Shown one piece after another: positions 1-10,603 of a stretch of DNA of 64,000 nt. The notes below the pieces were generated by a model that made no database searches, was not told where the DNA came from, and was given only the letters and a program-made list of their open reading frames with translations. The number at the start of each line of letters is the position of its first letter. Position 1 is the stretch's first letter. The stretch comes from Bdellovibrionales bacterium (GTDB lineage: Bacteria; Bdellovibrionota; Bdellovibrionia; Bdellovibrionales; UBA1609), in contig CBDBIB010000001.1 in the NCBI GenBank assembly GCA_965205945.1, positions 544,001 to 608,000 on the forward strand, written 5' to 3'. The position numbers and the translations under genes were made by a program.

Positions 1-913
1 CCCTAACTTTGTTTCGTCCTGTTTTTTTTGACTCATAAAGAGCTTTATCCGCCCATTGAACTAGTTTTTCAGCGCTTAAATTTATACTCGCATTAGGATT
101 TAAAACAGCAAGACCTATACTCATTGTTAAATTCATTCTACGCTCACCATCATTAAAATCATAAGTTTGAATGGCTTTTCTAAGTCTTTGAGCATATTTC
201 ATAGCACCTTCATAACCTGTACTTGTTAAAACAATCATAAATTCATCCCCACCATACCGAGCACCAAAATCCACATCACGCATTGAATTTTTAATAATTC
301 CACCAATTTCCTTTAATACAAAACTTCCAAAAAGATGATCATGGTCATCATTCACTCTTTTAAAATGATCCATATCCATCATAATCACACAAATTCCCGA
401 GCCAAATCTTTTATTTCTACTAATTTCTAAATTAATGCGATCATATGTACTACGCATATTATACAAACCCGTTAAATCATCAATTTGAACAAGCTCTTTA
501 AGCCTCTTATTTGCCCAAAACAATTTGTCTGTTAAATTCTTAATTCTTAATTGAGTCTTTACCCTTGCAACTAATTCATGGGGGTTAAATGGTTTACGAA
601 TATAATCATCGGCCCCTGCCTCAAGTCCTTTAATGACATCTTGAGTATCTGAATTACCAGAAACAAGAACAACTGGTGTATAATCCTCTTTTTTTCTAAC
701 TATTTCTAAGGTTTCTAGCCCACTAAGCCCTGGCATATTTATATCAAGAAGAACCAGGTATGGTGCTATTTCACTAAGCCTCTTTAAAGCCTCACCCCCA
801 GACTCAGCCACAATAACCTTATAACCACAAGATTCTAAAATCACAGTCATTAAATTTGAAACTTGAGGATCATCATCAACAATCAGAATTTTTTGTGATT
901 TTACATTCTCCAC
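1..913 (-). CDS. Response regulator diguanylate cyclase (REC-GGDEF), 3' end runs off the window; absent from the ORF track
   Basis: Manual translation of the minus strand. GTG at 913 follows AGGAGG. N-terminus MENVKSQKILIVDDDPQ is a receiver domain. RDVDFGARYGGDEF has an intact RxxD I-site and GGDEF. ADKALYESKKTGRN lies near position 1 with no stop inside the window. Confidence 0.93.
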   Translation of the reverse strand, partial: MENVKSQKILIVDDDPQVSNLMTVILESCGYKVIVAESGGEALKRLSEIAPYLVLLDINMPGLSGLETLEIVRKKEDYTPVVLVSGNSDTQDVIKGLEAGADDYIRKPFNPHELVARVKTQLRIKNLTDKLFWANKRLKELVQIDDLTGLYNMRSTYDRINLEISRNKRFGSGICVIMMDMDHFKRVNDDHDHLFGSFVLKEIGGIIKNSMRDVDFGARYGGDEFMIVLTSTGYEGAMKYAQRLRKAIQTYDFNDGERRMNLTMSIGLAVLNPNASINLSAEKLVQWADKALYESKKTGRNKVR

Positions 914-936
914 CCTCTAAACCTCCTAATACTAAC

Positions 937-964
937 TTATCGAACTTTAAATCAAAAATATTAA
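937..964 (-). promoter_or_regulatory. Putative sigma28/FliA-type promoter of the diguanylate cyclase
   Basis: Minus strand TTAA-N16-TTCGATAA just upstream of the RBS; resembles TAAA-N15/16-GCCGATAA. Confidence 0.55.
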
Positions 965-1050
965 GATCTAAAACTCTTTCTAAGGTGACTTTCATATCTT
1001 ACTTAGGTATTGATCTTATTCATATTTACCTATTTCTAGGAGACTTTAGT

Positions 1051-3432
1051 ATGGCCTTTAACCATTCAGAAATTGAACAAAGGTGGCAATCTATATGGGA
1101 TAAAAACAACACCTTTACAGCTAAGTTTCCATCTAAAAAACCCAAGTTTTATGCTCTAAACATGTTTCCATACCCTTCAGGGTCTGGGCTACATGTTGGA
1201 CACTTGGCCTCATACCTACCCACTGATGTTATCTCCAGATATAAAAAAGCAAACGGCTTTAATGTTCTTCATCCCATAGGATACGATGCCTTTGGACTTC
1301 CTGCCGAACAGTATGCAATACAAACTGGAGTGCACCCTCAAGTTACAACGGAGCAAGCCATCACAAATTTTAAACGCCAACTTAAATCTTTTGGCTTTAG
1401 TTTTGATTGGTCAAAAAGTTTCGCCACTACGGACCCTAGTTTTTTAAAATGGACTCAATATATTTTTACAAAGCTTTTTAATAACGGACTAGCATACCAA
1501 AAAAAAGTTCCTGTAAACTGGTGCCCAGCACTTAAAACAGTTCTAGCAAATGAAGAAGTCGTTAATGGAAAAAGCGAACGAGGCGGACACCCTGTAAAAA
1601 GACTTGCAATGAAGCAATGGATGCTTAAAATAACCCACTACACTCAAAGACTTTTAAATGACCTTGATACAGTCCAATGGCCTTACAAAACCAAAGAAGG
1701 TCAGAAAAACTGGATCGGAAAAAGTGTCGGTGCAAGCGTTGAGTTTAAAATTGAAAACTCAGATTTAAACCTTAAAGTATTTACAACACGACCTGATACT
1801 TTATTTGGCGTCACTTTTATAGTGCTTGCACCTGAGCATAGTTTTGTAAAAAAAATTACAAATCCAGCTCAAAAAGAATCTATTAATGATTATATACAAA
1901 AAACAATCTTAAAAAGCGAGGTTGCACGAAAATCTGATACCAATAAAACAGGTTCTTTCACAGGCGCTTATGCCCTGCACCCACTTACAGAAAAAAAAAT
2001 CCCCATTTGGATTTCAGACTATGTTTTAATGGATTATGGAACAGGCGCCATCATGGCTGTACCTGGACACGATGAACGTGATTTTACATTTGCTCAAAAA
2101 TTTAACCTTCCTACCCAAAGAGTTTTAGATGGTGGCAAGCTTCCTTTTACAGGCGAGGGCAGACTTATTAACTCTAAAGATTTAAACGGTCTTAAAAAAA
2201 ATGACGCCATTAAAAAAGTAATTTCAATACTTAAAGAAAAATCTGCTGGAAAAAAAGAAGTTCAATACAAACTACGTGACTGGCTTTTTAGCAGACAACG
2301 TTACTGGGGTGAGCCTATTCCAATAATTCATAAAAATGATGGCACCTTTAAAGCGCTAACATTAAATGAACTCCCGCTGCTCTTGCCTAAAATAGACAAC
2401 TACGAGCCTTGTGATACTGGTGAAGCTCCACTGGCAAAAAATAAAGATTGGCTTCATACCCCTGATGGGGTTAGAGCTTCTCACACCATGCCTGGATCAG
2501 CCGGATCTTCTTGGTATTTTTTAAGATATCCTGATACAAAAAATGAAAATGAAATCTGTAGCAAAGAAAAGCAAGACTACTGGCTTCCTGTAGACCTTTA
2601 TGTTGGAGGTTGTGAGCACACAGTTGGCCATCTTCTTTACTCAAGATTTTGGACTAAATTTTTAAAAGATCAAAAACTAATTAGTATTAATGAGCCTTTT
2701 ACAAAGCTTGCTCACCAAGGAATGATTTTAGGTCACAACGGTGAGAAAATGTCTAAGTCTCAAGGCAATATAATCAACCCTGACGAAATTAAGGAAGAAT
2801 TTGGAGCCGATGCTGTTCGAGTCTACATTTGCTTTATGGGTCCTTTTGAAAAAGATAAACCTTGGAATACAAAAGGTATTCAAGGAAGTCGTAGATTCTT
2901 AAATCGTATATGGAGACTTTGTTTAGACGATGACAACCAATCTGTTCTTTTAAAAAACTTACCCTCTAAAAATCTAGAAAAAACTCTTCATAAAACTATT
3001 AAAAAAGTTACTAACGACATTGAATCCATGAGCTTTAACACAGCAATAAGTGCAATGATGATTTTAGTAAATGAGCTTTATAAAGAAAACTCTCATTCAG
3101 ACAAAATTATTTTCCCCCTCATAAAGCTTTTAAGTCCCTTTGCTCCTCATTTCTCACAGGAACTTTGGAGCCTTACTAAAAACACCACTCTTGTTTGTGA
3201 AGAGGCTTGGCCTGAATACAATAAATCCTTATGCAAACAAGATTTAATTAAAATGGGTGTTCAGATAAACGGTAAAATGCGCGGCCTAATCAGCGTTTCA
3301 AAAGAAACTTTAAAAGAAGAAGCCTTATCTTTAGCAAAAGCATCCTCTAATATTTCCTCTCAATTAGAAAACAAAAGTATTGTAAAAGTAATTTATAAGG
3401 CCTGTAAAATTTTAAACATAATTACAAAGTAG
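1051..3432 (+). CDS. leuS: Leucine--tRNA ligase
   Basis: MFPYPSGSGLHVGH (HIGH), DWLFSRQRYWGEPIP and KMSKS motifs. Start moved from 856 to the ATG at 1051, which follows AGGAG; the upstream extension overlaps the divergent cyclase gene. Confidence 0.98.
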   Translation: MAFNHSEIEQRWQSIWDKNNTFTAKFPSKKPKFYALNMFPYPSGSGLHVGHLASYLPTDVISRYKKANGFNVLHPIGYDAFGLPAEQYAIQTGVHPQVTTEQAITNFKRQLKSFGFSFDWSKSFATTDPSFLKWTQYIFTKLFNNGLAYQKKVPVNWCPALKTVLANEEVVNGKSERGGHPVKRLAMKQWMLKITHYTQRLLNDLDTVQWPYKTKEGQKNWIGKSVGASVEFKIENSDLNLKVFTTRPDTLFGVTFIVLAPEHSFVKKITNPAQKESINDYIQKTILKSEVARKSDTNKTGSFTGAYALHPLTEKKIPIWISDYVLMDYGTGAIMAVPGHDERDFTFAQKFNLPTQRVLDGGKLPFTGEGRLINSKDLNGLKKNDAIKKVISILKEKSAGKKEVQYKLRDWLFSRQRYWGEPIPIIHKNDGTFKALTLNELPLLLPKIDNYEPCDTGEAPLAKNKDWLHTPDGVRASHTMPGSAGSSWYFLRYPDTKNENEICSKEKQDYWLPVDLYVGGCEHTVGHLLYSRFWTKFLKDQKLISINEPFTKLAHQGMILGHNGEKMSKSQGNIINPDEIKEEFGADAVRVYICFMGPFEKDKPWNTKGIQGSRRFLNRIWRLCLDDDNQSVLLKNLPSKNLEKTLHKTIKKVTNDIESMSFNTAISAMMILVNELYKENSHSDKIIFPLIKLLSPFAPHFSQELWSLTKNTTLVCEEAWPEYNKSLCKQDLIKMGVQINGKMRGLISVSKETLKEEALSLAKASSNISSQLENKSIVKVIYKACKILNIITK

Positions 3433-3439
3433 GTTTATT

Positions 3440-5341
3440 ATGACTTGGACTCATGAAGACAGTAAAAAATTATATAGCATTAATAAATGGGGCAAGCCTT
3501 TTTTTAATATAAACAGTGAAGGCAATATAATAGTTTCCACAAATGTTAACGATCCAAAAGTAAAATCTTTAGACCTATTTCATCTCACTAATGATTTACA
3601 AGATAGAGGAGTTAGACTTCCTATTCTAATTAGATTTCCAGATATTTTAAAAGCACGAATAGAAAGCTTAAACACATATTTTAGTAATGCAATTTCTGAA
3701 AACAATTATACGGGTAAATTTTATGGTGTATATCCTGTTAAAGTTAATCAAGAAAAACACCTTGTTGAAGACATTGTTAAACTTGGTGCTAATTTAAATT
3801 TAGGACTTGAATGCGGAAGTAAGCCAGAACTTCTTGTTGCATTGTCTAAAATGAAAAACCCAAATGGTTTAATTATTTGCAATGGGTTTAAGGATCGCGA
3901 TTATATAGAAACAGCTCTTTTGTCTAAAAAACTTGGAAGGCAAACCATTATTGTTGTAGATCGTTTTTTAGAATTACAACTAATTATTGATTCTTCTAAA
4001 AAGTATGATATCAAACCCCTTATTGGACTACGAGGAAAACTCTCCACCCAGGGAGCCGGAAGATGGGCTGAAAGCTCTGGCAACAAATCTAAATTCGGAT
4101 TAACTCCAAATCAGATTATTCAAGCCATCACTATTTTAAAAACTGAAAACATGATAGACAGCCTAGAGCTCTTACACTTTCATATAGGATCACAAGTTCC
4201 TTCTATTCAAAATATTAAAAGCTCTCTTAAAGAAGGCGCAAGATTTTTTACTGAATTTTTTAATCTTGGAGCAACACCAAAATACTTAGATATTGGAGGT
4301 GGTCTTGGCGTTGATTACGATGGCTCTGGAAATTCAGACAGTTCTGTTGACTATTCTAATCAAGAATATGCAAACGATGTTATCTATACTGTTAAATCTA
4401 TTTGTGATGAAAAGTCTATCCCCTGCCCTGATATAATTACTGAGTCAGGAAGAGCCTTAGTTGCACACACTTCTCTTTTAATCTTTAATGTTTTAGGATC
4501 TAATAATATTCAATCAACCACAGACCTAACACATATAACTGCAAAAGATCACCAAATTTTAAAAGATCTTTTTGACATTGAAAAAAATCTTTCAACAAAA
4601 AATATAAAAGAATCCTTTAATGATCTATCACAAATAAAAAGAGACACCTTACAACTTTTTACTTATGGGGTTTTAAACCTTAAACAAAGAGCTTTAGCTG
4701 AAGCAATAATTAACAATTCATATATTAAAATAAAAGCTCTTTTATCTAAAAACTCAGAACTTCTTCCTGACCTTATTTATGAAATTAATTCCATCTTATG
4801 TGAGAGTTATTTTTGTAATTTCTCAGTGTTTCAATCTCTTCCTGATTCATGGGCTATGAATCAGCTTTTCCCTGTTGTACCTATTCATAGATTGTCTGAA
4901 GAACCTGATAGAAGGGCTGTCTTAGTTGACCTTACTTGTGATTCTGATGGGGCCATAAATCACTTCATAAACTCAACTTCAGATACACCTCAAAAGTATT
5001 TAGAGGTTCACAGTCTAAAAAAAGCAAAACCCTATTATATTGGTGTTTTCTTAATCGGCGCCTATCAAGAAATTTTAGGCGATATGCACAATCTTTTTGG
5101 AGATACAGATGCTGTCCATGTTCGTTTTACAGAAAAAGGCTATCGCATTGAAAATTTAGTTAAAGGAGATACTATCTCTGATGTTTTAAAATATGTTTCT
5201 TTTCTACCAAATCAACTCCTAGAGCAGTTACGTAATGACTGTGAGGAAGGTATTATTTCTGAAAATCTGACTTCACTTCAAGCTCGCACTTTAATGTCTA
5301 AATTCGAATCTGCTCTTAGAAGCTACACATATCTTAATTAA
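3440..5341 (+). CDS. speA: Biosynthetic arginine decarboxylase
   Basis: GVYPVKVNQ (PLP Lys), LECGSKPEL, HFHIGSQ, LDIGGGLGVDYDG, FSVFQSLPDSW, DLTCDSDG and GAYQEILGDMHNLFG motifs. Confidence 0.96.
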   Translation: MTWTHEDSKKLYSINKWGKPFFNINSEGNIIVSTNVNDPKVKSLDLFHLTNDLQDRGVRLPILIRFPDILKARIESLNTYFSNAISENNYTGKFYGVYPVKVNQEKHLVEDIVKLGANLNLGLECGSKPELLVALSKMKNPNGLIICNGFKDRDYIETALLSKKLGRQTIIVVDRFLELQLIIDSSKKYDIKPLIGLRGKLSTQGAGRWAESSGNKSKFGLTPNQIIQAITILKTENMIDSLELLHFHIGSQVPSIQNIKSSLKEGARFFTEFFNLGATPKYLDIGGGLGVDYDGSGNSDSSVDYSNQEYANDVIYTVKSICDEKSIPCPDIITESGRALVAHTSLLIFNVLGSNNIQSTTDLTHITAKDHQILKDLFDIEKNLSTKNIKESFNDLSQIKRDTLQLFTYGVLNLKQRALAEAIINNSYIKIKALLSKNSELLPDLIYEINSILCESYFCNFSVFQSLPDSWAMNQLFPVVPIHRLSEEPDRRAVLVDLTCDSDGAINHFINSTSDTPQKYLEVHSLKKAKPYYIGVFLIGAYQEILGDMHNLFGDTDAVHVRFTEKGYRIENLVKGDTISDVLKYVSFLPNQLLEQLRNDCEEGIISENLTSLQARTLMSKFESALRSYTYLN

Positions 5342-5357
5342 TTTTTAAGGAGAACCC

Positions 5358-6605
5358 ATGCACATAGCTTTAATATCTGTTGCTATACTATTTTTTACAG
5401 GCCATGCATTAAGCTGGTTTTTTGAAAAAACTAAAATCCCAGATCTTTTAATTCTTGTAATTATTGGTTATATCATGGGCCCTATTCTTGGCTACCTTTC
5501 CCCTGAAGACTTTGGAAAAGCGGGAACTCTTTTATCTACTCTAGCCCTTGTTGTTATCTTATATGAAGGGGGACTTCACTTAACTGCAAAAGATCTTAGT
5601 CAAGGATTTTTAACTTCCGCAGGGTTAGCAGTCTTAGGTTTTTTAAGCATTGCTATACTTGCAGGCCTTGTTGTCACCTCTACTGGACAACCTTTTCATA
5701 TAGCGCTTCTTTTAGGTTTAGGAATAGGAAGCACATCATCAGCTATAGTTATTCCCATGGTTAAACCTCTTTCCATTAAAAACAATACTAAAACAATTTT
5801 ATCTTTAGAGTCTGCAGTCACTGATGTTTTAGCTATTGTAATTTTCTTAGTTGTTGTAGATGGAATTGTTGCTGGAAAATTTTCTACTAAAGCCTTACTA
5901 ATGGGCCTTGGCCCTAATACTCTACTAGCTGCATTATATGGAATTGCTGGAGGCCTTATTTGGGCAGCTTTAAAGAAATATTTTAACCCTGTATTTAAAA
6001 TGGCTTTTGCAGGTGAGGCCTGGGCACTTTTAAATTATGGACTTTTAGAACTCCTAAGATTAAATGGTGCCATTGGAGTTTTAACTCTTGGCTTTATGTT
6101 GGCCAATTTAGACTTACTGCCTAACTGGATAAAAAGTAAAATAAGTTCTGTTCCCGTATCTTACAGAGACCTTTCATTTTTAAACACCTTAACATTCATG
6201 CTTAAAACGTTTTTCTTTATATACCTAGGTGTCTTAGTTAAATTTTCAGATCCAATTATTGTAGCTCTTGCTCTCTTAATTACACTCTTAATTTTTATAT
6301 CAAGATTTTTTGTTATTAAAATCACAATGAACAGTTCAACCACAAATAAACTAGATGCTATGATCACAACAGCCATGGGTCCAAGGGGCTTAGCTTGTGC
6401 AGTTCTAGCCACCATCCCTCTTCAAAAAGGAATTTCAGGAGGTCAGTGGCTCCAAGATATTATTTTTGCAATTATTCCTTTAACAATTTTATTTACTGCA
6501 TTTTTTGTTTCTATTTTTGAAAACAAGAAGACTCGCCTTAAATTTAGCCGATTTTGGTTAAAATACTCTGAAGAAAGTGAGTTTTCTAATATAAAAAATG
6601 AATGA
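5358..6605 (+). CDS. Cation:proton antiporter (CPA1/NhaP-like)
   Basis: About 12 hydrophobic segments; ILYEGGL, STSSAIVIP, LSLESAVTDVL and MGPRGLA motifs. Confidence 0.88.
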   Translation: MHIALISVAILFFTGHALSWFFEKTKIPDLLILVIIGYIMGPILGYLSPEDFGKAGTLLSTLALVVILYEGGLHLTAKDLSQGFLTSAGLAVLGFLSIAILAGLVVTSTGQPFHIALLLGLGIGSTSSAIVIPMVKPLSIKNNTKTILSLESAVTDVLAIVIFLVVVDGIVAGKFSTKALLMGLGPNTLLAALYGIAGGLIWAALKKYFNPVFKMAFAGEAWALLNYGLLELLRLNGAIGVLTLGFMLANLDLLPNWIKSKISSVPVSYRDLSFLNTLTFMLKTFFFIYLGVLVKFSDPIIVALALLITLLIFISRFFVIKITMNSSTTNKLDAMITTAMGPRGLACAVLATIPLQKGISGGQWLQDIIFAIIPLTILFTAFFVSIFENKKTRLKFSRFWLKYSEESEFSNIKNE

Positions 6606-6758
6606 TTTTAAATGGTATTATTAAGCTAAGGTACTCTAGCCTAGGTATCTAATCTTTTTAACGCATTAAAGTAAGGTTTTAAAAACAAGCATGCTATAAC
6701 TTTCTCCCTTTTAAATAAAATTTTATCTCTTAATTCATTAGCAATTTAATAAAATCAC

Positions 6759-8951
6759 CTATCTCATAAACAATAAATCAAAGTATGTTGGAAGTGGCCA
6801 AAGCTCATCAGTAATATTTTTTTCTAAATAAATAATATCATTAGCAATTTCTTCTGATAAAGGAAGCAATGTTTGAGCTATTTTATCAGCATCCGCAATA
6901 TTATGGTTTAGTCCTACAAGTCCCTGCTGCAAACTTTGTACTTTTTCATAAAGCCCTAAAATATGAGTATCAATATTCTTAAGTAACATTAAATCTATCT
7001 TCGCCTCAATTCCTACACTTTTTTGATGTTTAATCCCTTGAGCAAGTAAGCCTTTATATCTTATTGCAACAGGTAAAATATCCCTATGAATCATACTTAT
7101 AAAGGTTTTAAATTCAATTTCTCTATAAAGGCAATACCTCTCTACCCTAACATTAAAGCGCATCTTTAACTCAGCCTCAGAATAAATTTTAAGCTTAGTT
7201 AAAAACTCATTTGCTTTTGAATTTGTTAAAAGCCTTAACGCCTCAGGCGTTGTTTTCATATTAGGTAAGCCTCTTTTTTTTGCTTCATCTTGCCACTCTT
7301 TAGAATAGCCATCACCATTAAAAACAATCTTAGAACAATTATTATAAAGATCTTTTATAATTTTTATTAAAATATCATCAACCTTTTTACCCGTTTCTAA
7401 CTCTTTTTTAATACGTAAATTCACATCATTAAAAACATCTGTAACAGCTGCGTTTAAAATAGTTAAAGCAACTCCAACATTAGCAATCGAGCCCACCGCT
7501 CTAAATTCAAACCTATTGCCTGTAAAAGCAAAGGGCGATGTTCTATTACGATCTGTATTGTCTTTTTGAAGGGGTGCTAATTGATCCGTTCCTAAATTAA
7601 GAGTTTTTATCTTTTTTTCCGTATAAGTTTTCCCTGCAGCATAAGCCTCTAAAATTTCTGTTAATGTATCTCCTAAAAAAACAGAGATAATACTAGGGGG
7701 GGCTTCATTTGCTCCAAGACGGTGATCATTAGAATGACTTGCCACCGCAGTTCTTAAAGAACCTCCTCTTTTATAAACGGCCTCACAAATTATAGCAACT
7801 ATAGCAAGGAAGCGATAGTTATTATGAGGGGTTGGCGTCGGCTCTAATAAATTCCCAGTTTCTGCTGATCCCATAGACCAGTTTAAGTGCTTGCCTGAAC
7901 CGTTGATTCCTACAAAAGGTCTTTCATGAAGCAAACAAAAAAAACCATGTTTATCAGCAATATCCTTTAAAATCGTCATAATTATTTGATTCTGATCAAC
8001 AGCAATATTTGCTTCATCAAAAATAGGTGCAAGTTCAAACTGACCTGGAGCCACTTCGTTATGCCTTGTTTTAGCTGGAATCCCTAATCGATAAAGCTCA
8101 ACTTCAACTTCTTGCATATAGGCTAAAACTCTCTCCGGTACAGTTCCAAAATAATGATCCTCTAACTGCTGATTTTTAGATGGGGCTTGGCCAAATAAAG
8201 CTCTCCCTGTCATCATTAAATCAGGTCTTTGTAAATAAAGACCCTTATCAATAAGAAAATACTCTTGTTCACAACCACAACTAACATTAACTTTGTCATG
8301 CTTTTTTGAATCAGATTCCTCTAGTAAATTAAGAAATTCTGTTACTGATTTAGAAAGCTGGGTTATTGATCTAAGTAAAGGGGTTTTAATATCTAAAGCT
8401 TCTCCATAATAAGATACAAAAGCCGCTGGAATACATAAAGTTTTTCCATTAGTATGACTCTTTAAAAAAATAGGAGATGAAAAGTCCCATGAAGTATAGC
8501 CTCTTGCCTGAAAAGTTGATCTTGCCCCTCCATTAGGAAATGAGGATGCATCTGGTTCTCCTTGAATAAGCTGAGAGGCTTTAAATTTCTCAATGGGTTT
8601 ACCCTTTTCAATGGACAAAAAAGCATCATGTTTTTCAGCAGTAGCCTCTGTCATAGGCTGAAATAGGTGAATAAAATGTGTAGCGCCTTTACTTGTGGCC
8701 CAGTTAAGAACAGCAGCAGCAAACTTTTCAGCAAGGATCTTACTCAACTCTTTTTTCTTTTGAAAAACATCTTTTATTTCTTGCTTATCCGCTTTAGTTA
8801 AAATCTGTGATTCCATAAAGTTAAAAACATTTTCCCCATAATATTCACTCACTTTAAGTGGGTTCTTTTTTACGTCAGAAGGAAGATCAAACCTTCTAAT
8901 TGAAGTTTTAAAAAGATTTGATTGGGCTTTTAAGCGTAAACTTCTTATCAT
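6759..8951 (-). CDS. glnA: Glutamine synthetase type III
   Basis: 730 aa; AEKHDAF, QGEPDASSFPNGG, CEQEYFLID, HNEVAPGQFE, NGSGKHLNWS, DHRLGANEAPP and DRNRTSPFAFTGNRFEFRAVG motifs. Confidence 0.96.
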   Translation of the reverse strand: MIRSLRLKAQSNLFKTSIRRFDLPSDVKKNPLKVSEYYGENVFNFMESQILTKADKQEIKDVFQKKKELSKILAEKFAAAVLNWATSKGATHFIHLFQPMTEATAEKHDAFLSIEKGKPIEKFKASQLIQGEPDASSFPNGGARSTFQARGYTSWDFSSPIFLKSHTNGKTLCIPAAFVSYYGEALDIKTPLLRSITQLSKSVTEFLNLLEESDSKKHDKVNVSCGCEQEYFLIDKGLYLQRPDLMMTGRALFGQAPSKNQQLEDHYFGTVPERVLAYMQEVEVELYRLGIPAKTRHNEVAPGQFELAPIFDEANIAVDQNQIIMTILKDIADKHGFFCLLHERPFVGINGSGKHLNWSMGSAETGNLLEPTPTPHNNYRFLAIVAIICEAVYKRGGSLRTAVASHSNDHRLGANEAPPSIISVFLGDTLTEILEAYAAGKTYTEKKIKTLNLGTDQLAPLQKDNTDRNRTSPFAFTGNRFEFRAVGSIANVGVALTILNAAVTDVFNDVNLRIKKELETGKKVDDILIKIIKDLYNNCSKIVFNGDGYSKEWQDEAKKRGLPNMKTTPEALRLLTNSKANEFLTKLKIYSEAELKMRFNVRVERYCLYREIEFKTFISMIHRDILPVAIRYKGLLAQGIKHQKSVGIEAKIDLMLLKNIDTHILGLYEKVQSLQQGLVGLNHNIADADKIAQTLLPLSEEIANDIIYLEKNITDELWPLPTYFDLLFMR

Positions 8952-9031
8952 TTTATCTTTCCTTATTTTTTAATATTGCTAAAACTCTTAAAATAATTAC
9001 TTTTTTTTACCATAATAATCACTACTTTTCC

Positions 9032-10591
9032 TTAAGCTTTAAAGCTTTCTAACAAATTAATTATTGCCCGATGACCTTCTCTTCTTGCGTTATCAAGAGC
9101 AGTTTCTCCTCTACGATCTTTTATCTCTTTATCTGCTCCATTTTCTATTAAAAACTGAGCTATTTTTAAATGACCATGACCCGATGCGATATGAAGTGGC
9201 GTTCGTCCATCATAATCTCCCTTAGAAAGGTCTGCTCCTTGGGCCATTAACTGTTTTAACTCAAAAATATCGTTTTGAGCAGCCGACATACAAAGGGCCA
9301 CTGTATTGTGAAAAATCTTTTTATTCTTTCTAAGTCTTGGATCAACTTTTTCACTATCTGTTGCACTAAGATTGCTGTAAGGATGAAAATTAAAAATTTC
9401 TACTAACCATCTACAAAACTCAATTCCCCGCACAGAGTTTCCATTATTATCTAAAGGAGGGGACCAAATACAAACCCCCATAACGTTAGGAATAATAAGA
9501 ATAAGCCCCCCTCCCACTCCAGATTTAGCTGGCAGCCCAACAGAAAAAGCAAACTCTCCTGAGTAATTATACATTCCTGATGAATACATGAGAGACAAGC
9601 AATTCTTAATATTCTCAGATTCAAAAATCTTCTTTCCAGAAAAAGGATTCTGTCCTGATTTTGCCAATGTTGCTGCTGCAATGGCAAAATCATCTGTTGT
9701 AAGCTCTACAGAACAACACTGCATATAAAACTCTAATGTTTTTAAAAGATTTGTATTCTTAGGAAAAGAGTCATGCTCATTCATAAAATAGGCAAGAGCA
9801 AAGTTACGATTTGCTGTTTCCTTTTCTGAAAGATAAACCTCATTATTAAAATAAGGCTCCATTCCCCCTGTCATCTCTTTCCACATATTAAGAATATAAT
9901 CAAACCTCTTTACTAAACTCATCTTCGTCTTAATAAGAGAGGCCGACATAATAGCTCCAGCATTAATCATTGGATTATGCGGTCTTTTCATATAATCTAA
10001 AGTAATTTCATCAAAACTATGCCCACTAGGTTCTCTTCCAATATATTTATGAACAATATTTTCTCCATGTTCCTCTAAAGCAAAAAGATAATTAAAAGGT
10101 TTAAAACAAGATTGAATACTAAAGTACTCCTTACAATCACCAAGAGAAAAACGTTGACCATCAACAGTGCAAATAGAGACTCCAAATTTATCAGGAACGA
10201 TTTTTTTAAGCTGAGGAATGTTTTCTGTAACATTTCCTTTTTTAATTTTTTTTACTTCATCATAAATAGGCGTAATTAAGTTAGTAAAATCTTTAAAATG
10301 AGGAATTACAAGTTTCCCCACTACGGCACGGTCAATTAAAGTTTTCGCACCCACCTCGTTCTTTAAACAATCTAAAAAATATTTTTTATCAATCCTGCCC
10401 TCTACACTAAAGGCATAAAAACGCTTAAAAAATTCTTTTAAACGCGGGTCATCTTTTTTTAAACCCCTTTTACCTAACTCTTCTTCTACAACTTTAACAT
10501 TGATAAAATCTAAATCGTTTTTTCCATCACCTTTAAGATTAAAAAATTTTTCACTAGAAGAAAATATTTCCGCTATATTTTCATGCTCCAC
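9032..10591 (-). CDS. glsA: Glutaminase with N-terminal helical (EF-hand-like) domain and C-terminal ankyrin repeats
   Basis: QSCFK (catalytic S-x-x-K), EPSG, HNPMINAGAI, GMYNYSG and PAKSGVGG motifs; ankyrin GDYDGRTPLHIASGHGH; GTG start after GGGGGGAG. Confidence 0.93.
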   Translation of the reverse strand: MEHENIAEIFSSSEKFFNLKGDGKNDLDFINVKVVEEELGKRGLKKDDPRLKEFFKRFYAFSVEGRIDKKYFLDCLKNEVGAKTLIDRAVVGKLVIPHFKDFTNLITPIYDEVKKIKKGNVTENIPQLKKIVPDKFGVSICTVDGQRFSLGDCKEYFSIQSCFKPFNYLFALEEHGENIVHKYIGREPSGHSFDEITLDYMKRPHNPMINAGAIMSASLIKTKMSLVKRFDYILNMWKEMTGGMEPYFNNEVYLSEKETANRNFALAYFMNEHDSFPKNTNLLKTLEFYMQCCSVELTTDDFAIAAATLAKSGQNPFSGKKIFESENIKNCLSLMYSSGMYNYSGEFAFSVGLPAKSGVGGGLILIIPNVMGVCIWSPPLDNNGNSVRGIEFCRWLVEIFNFHPYSNLSATDSEKVDPRLRKNKKIFHNTVALCMSAAQNDIFELKQLMAQGADLSKGDYDGRTPLHIASGHGHLKIAQFLIENGADKEIKDRRGETALDNARREGHRAIINLLESFKA

Positions 10592-10603
10592 ACTCCCCCC
10601 TAC

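Noticed and set aside
856..1050. 65-aa N-terminal extension of LeuS in the ORF track
   Set aside because: It overlaps the divergent cyclase gene and its promoter. The RBS and LeuS homology begin at ATG 1051.
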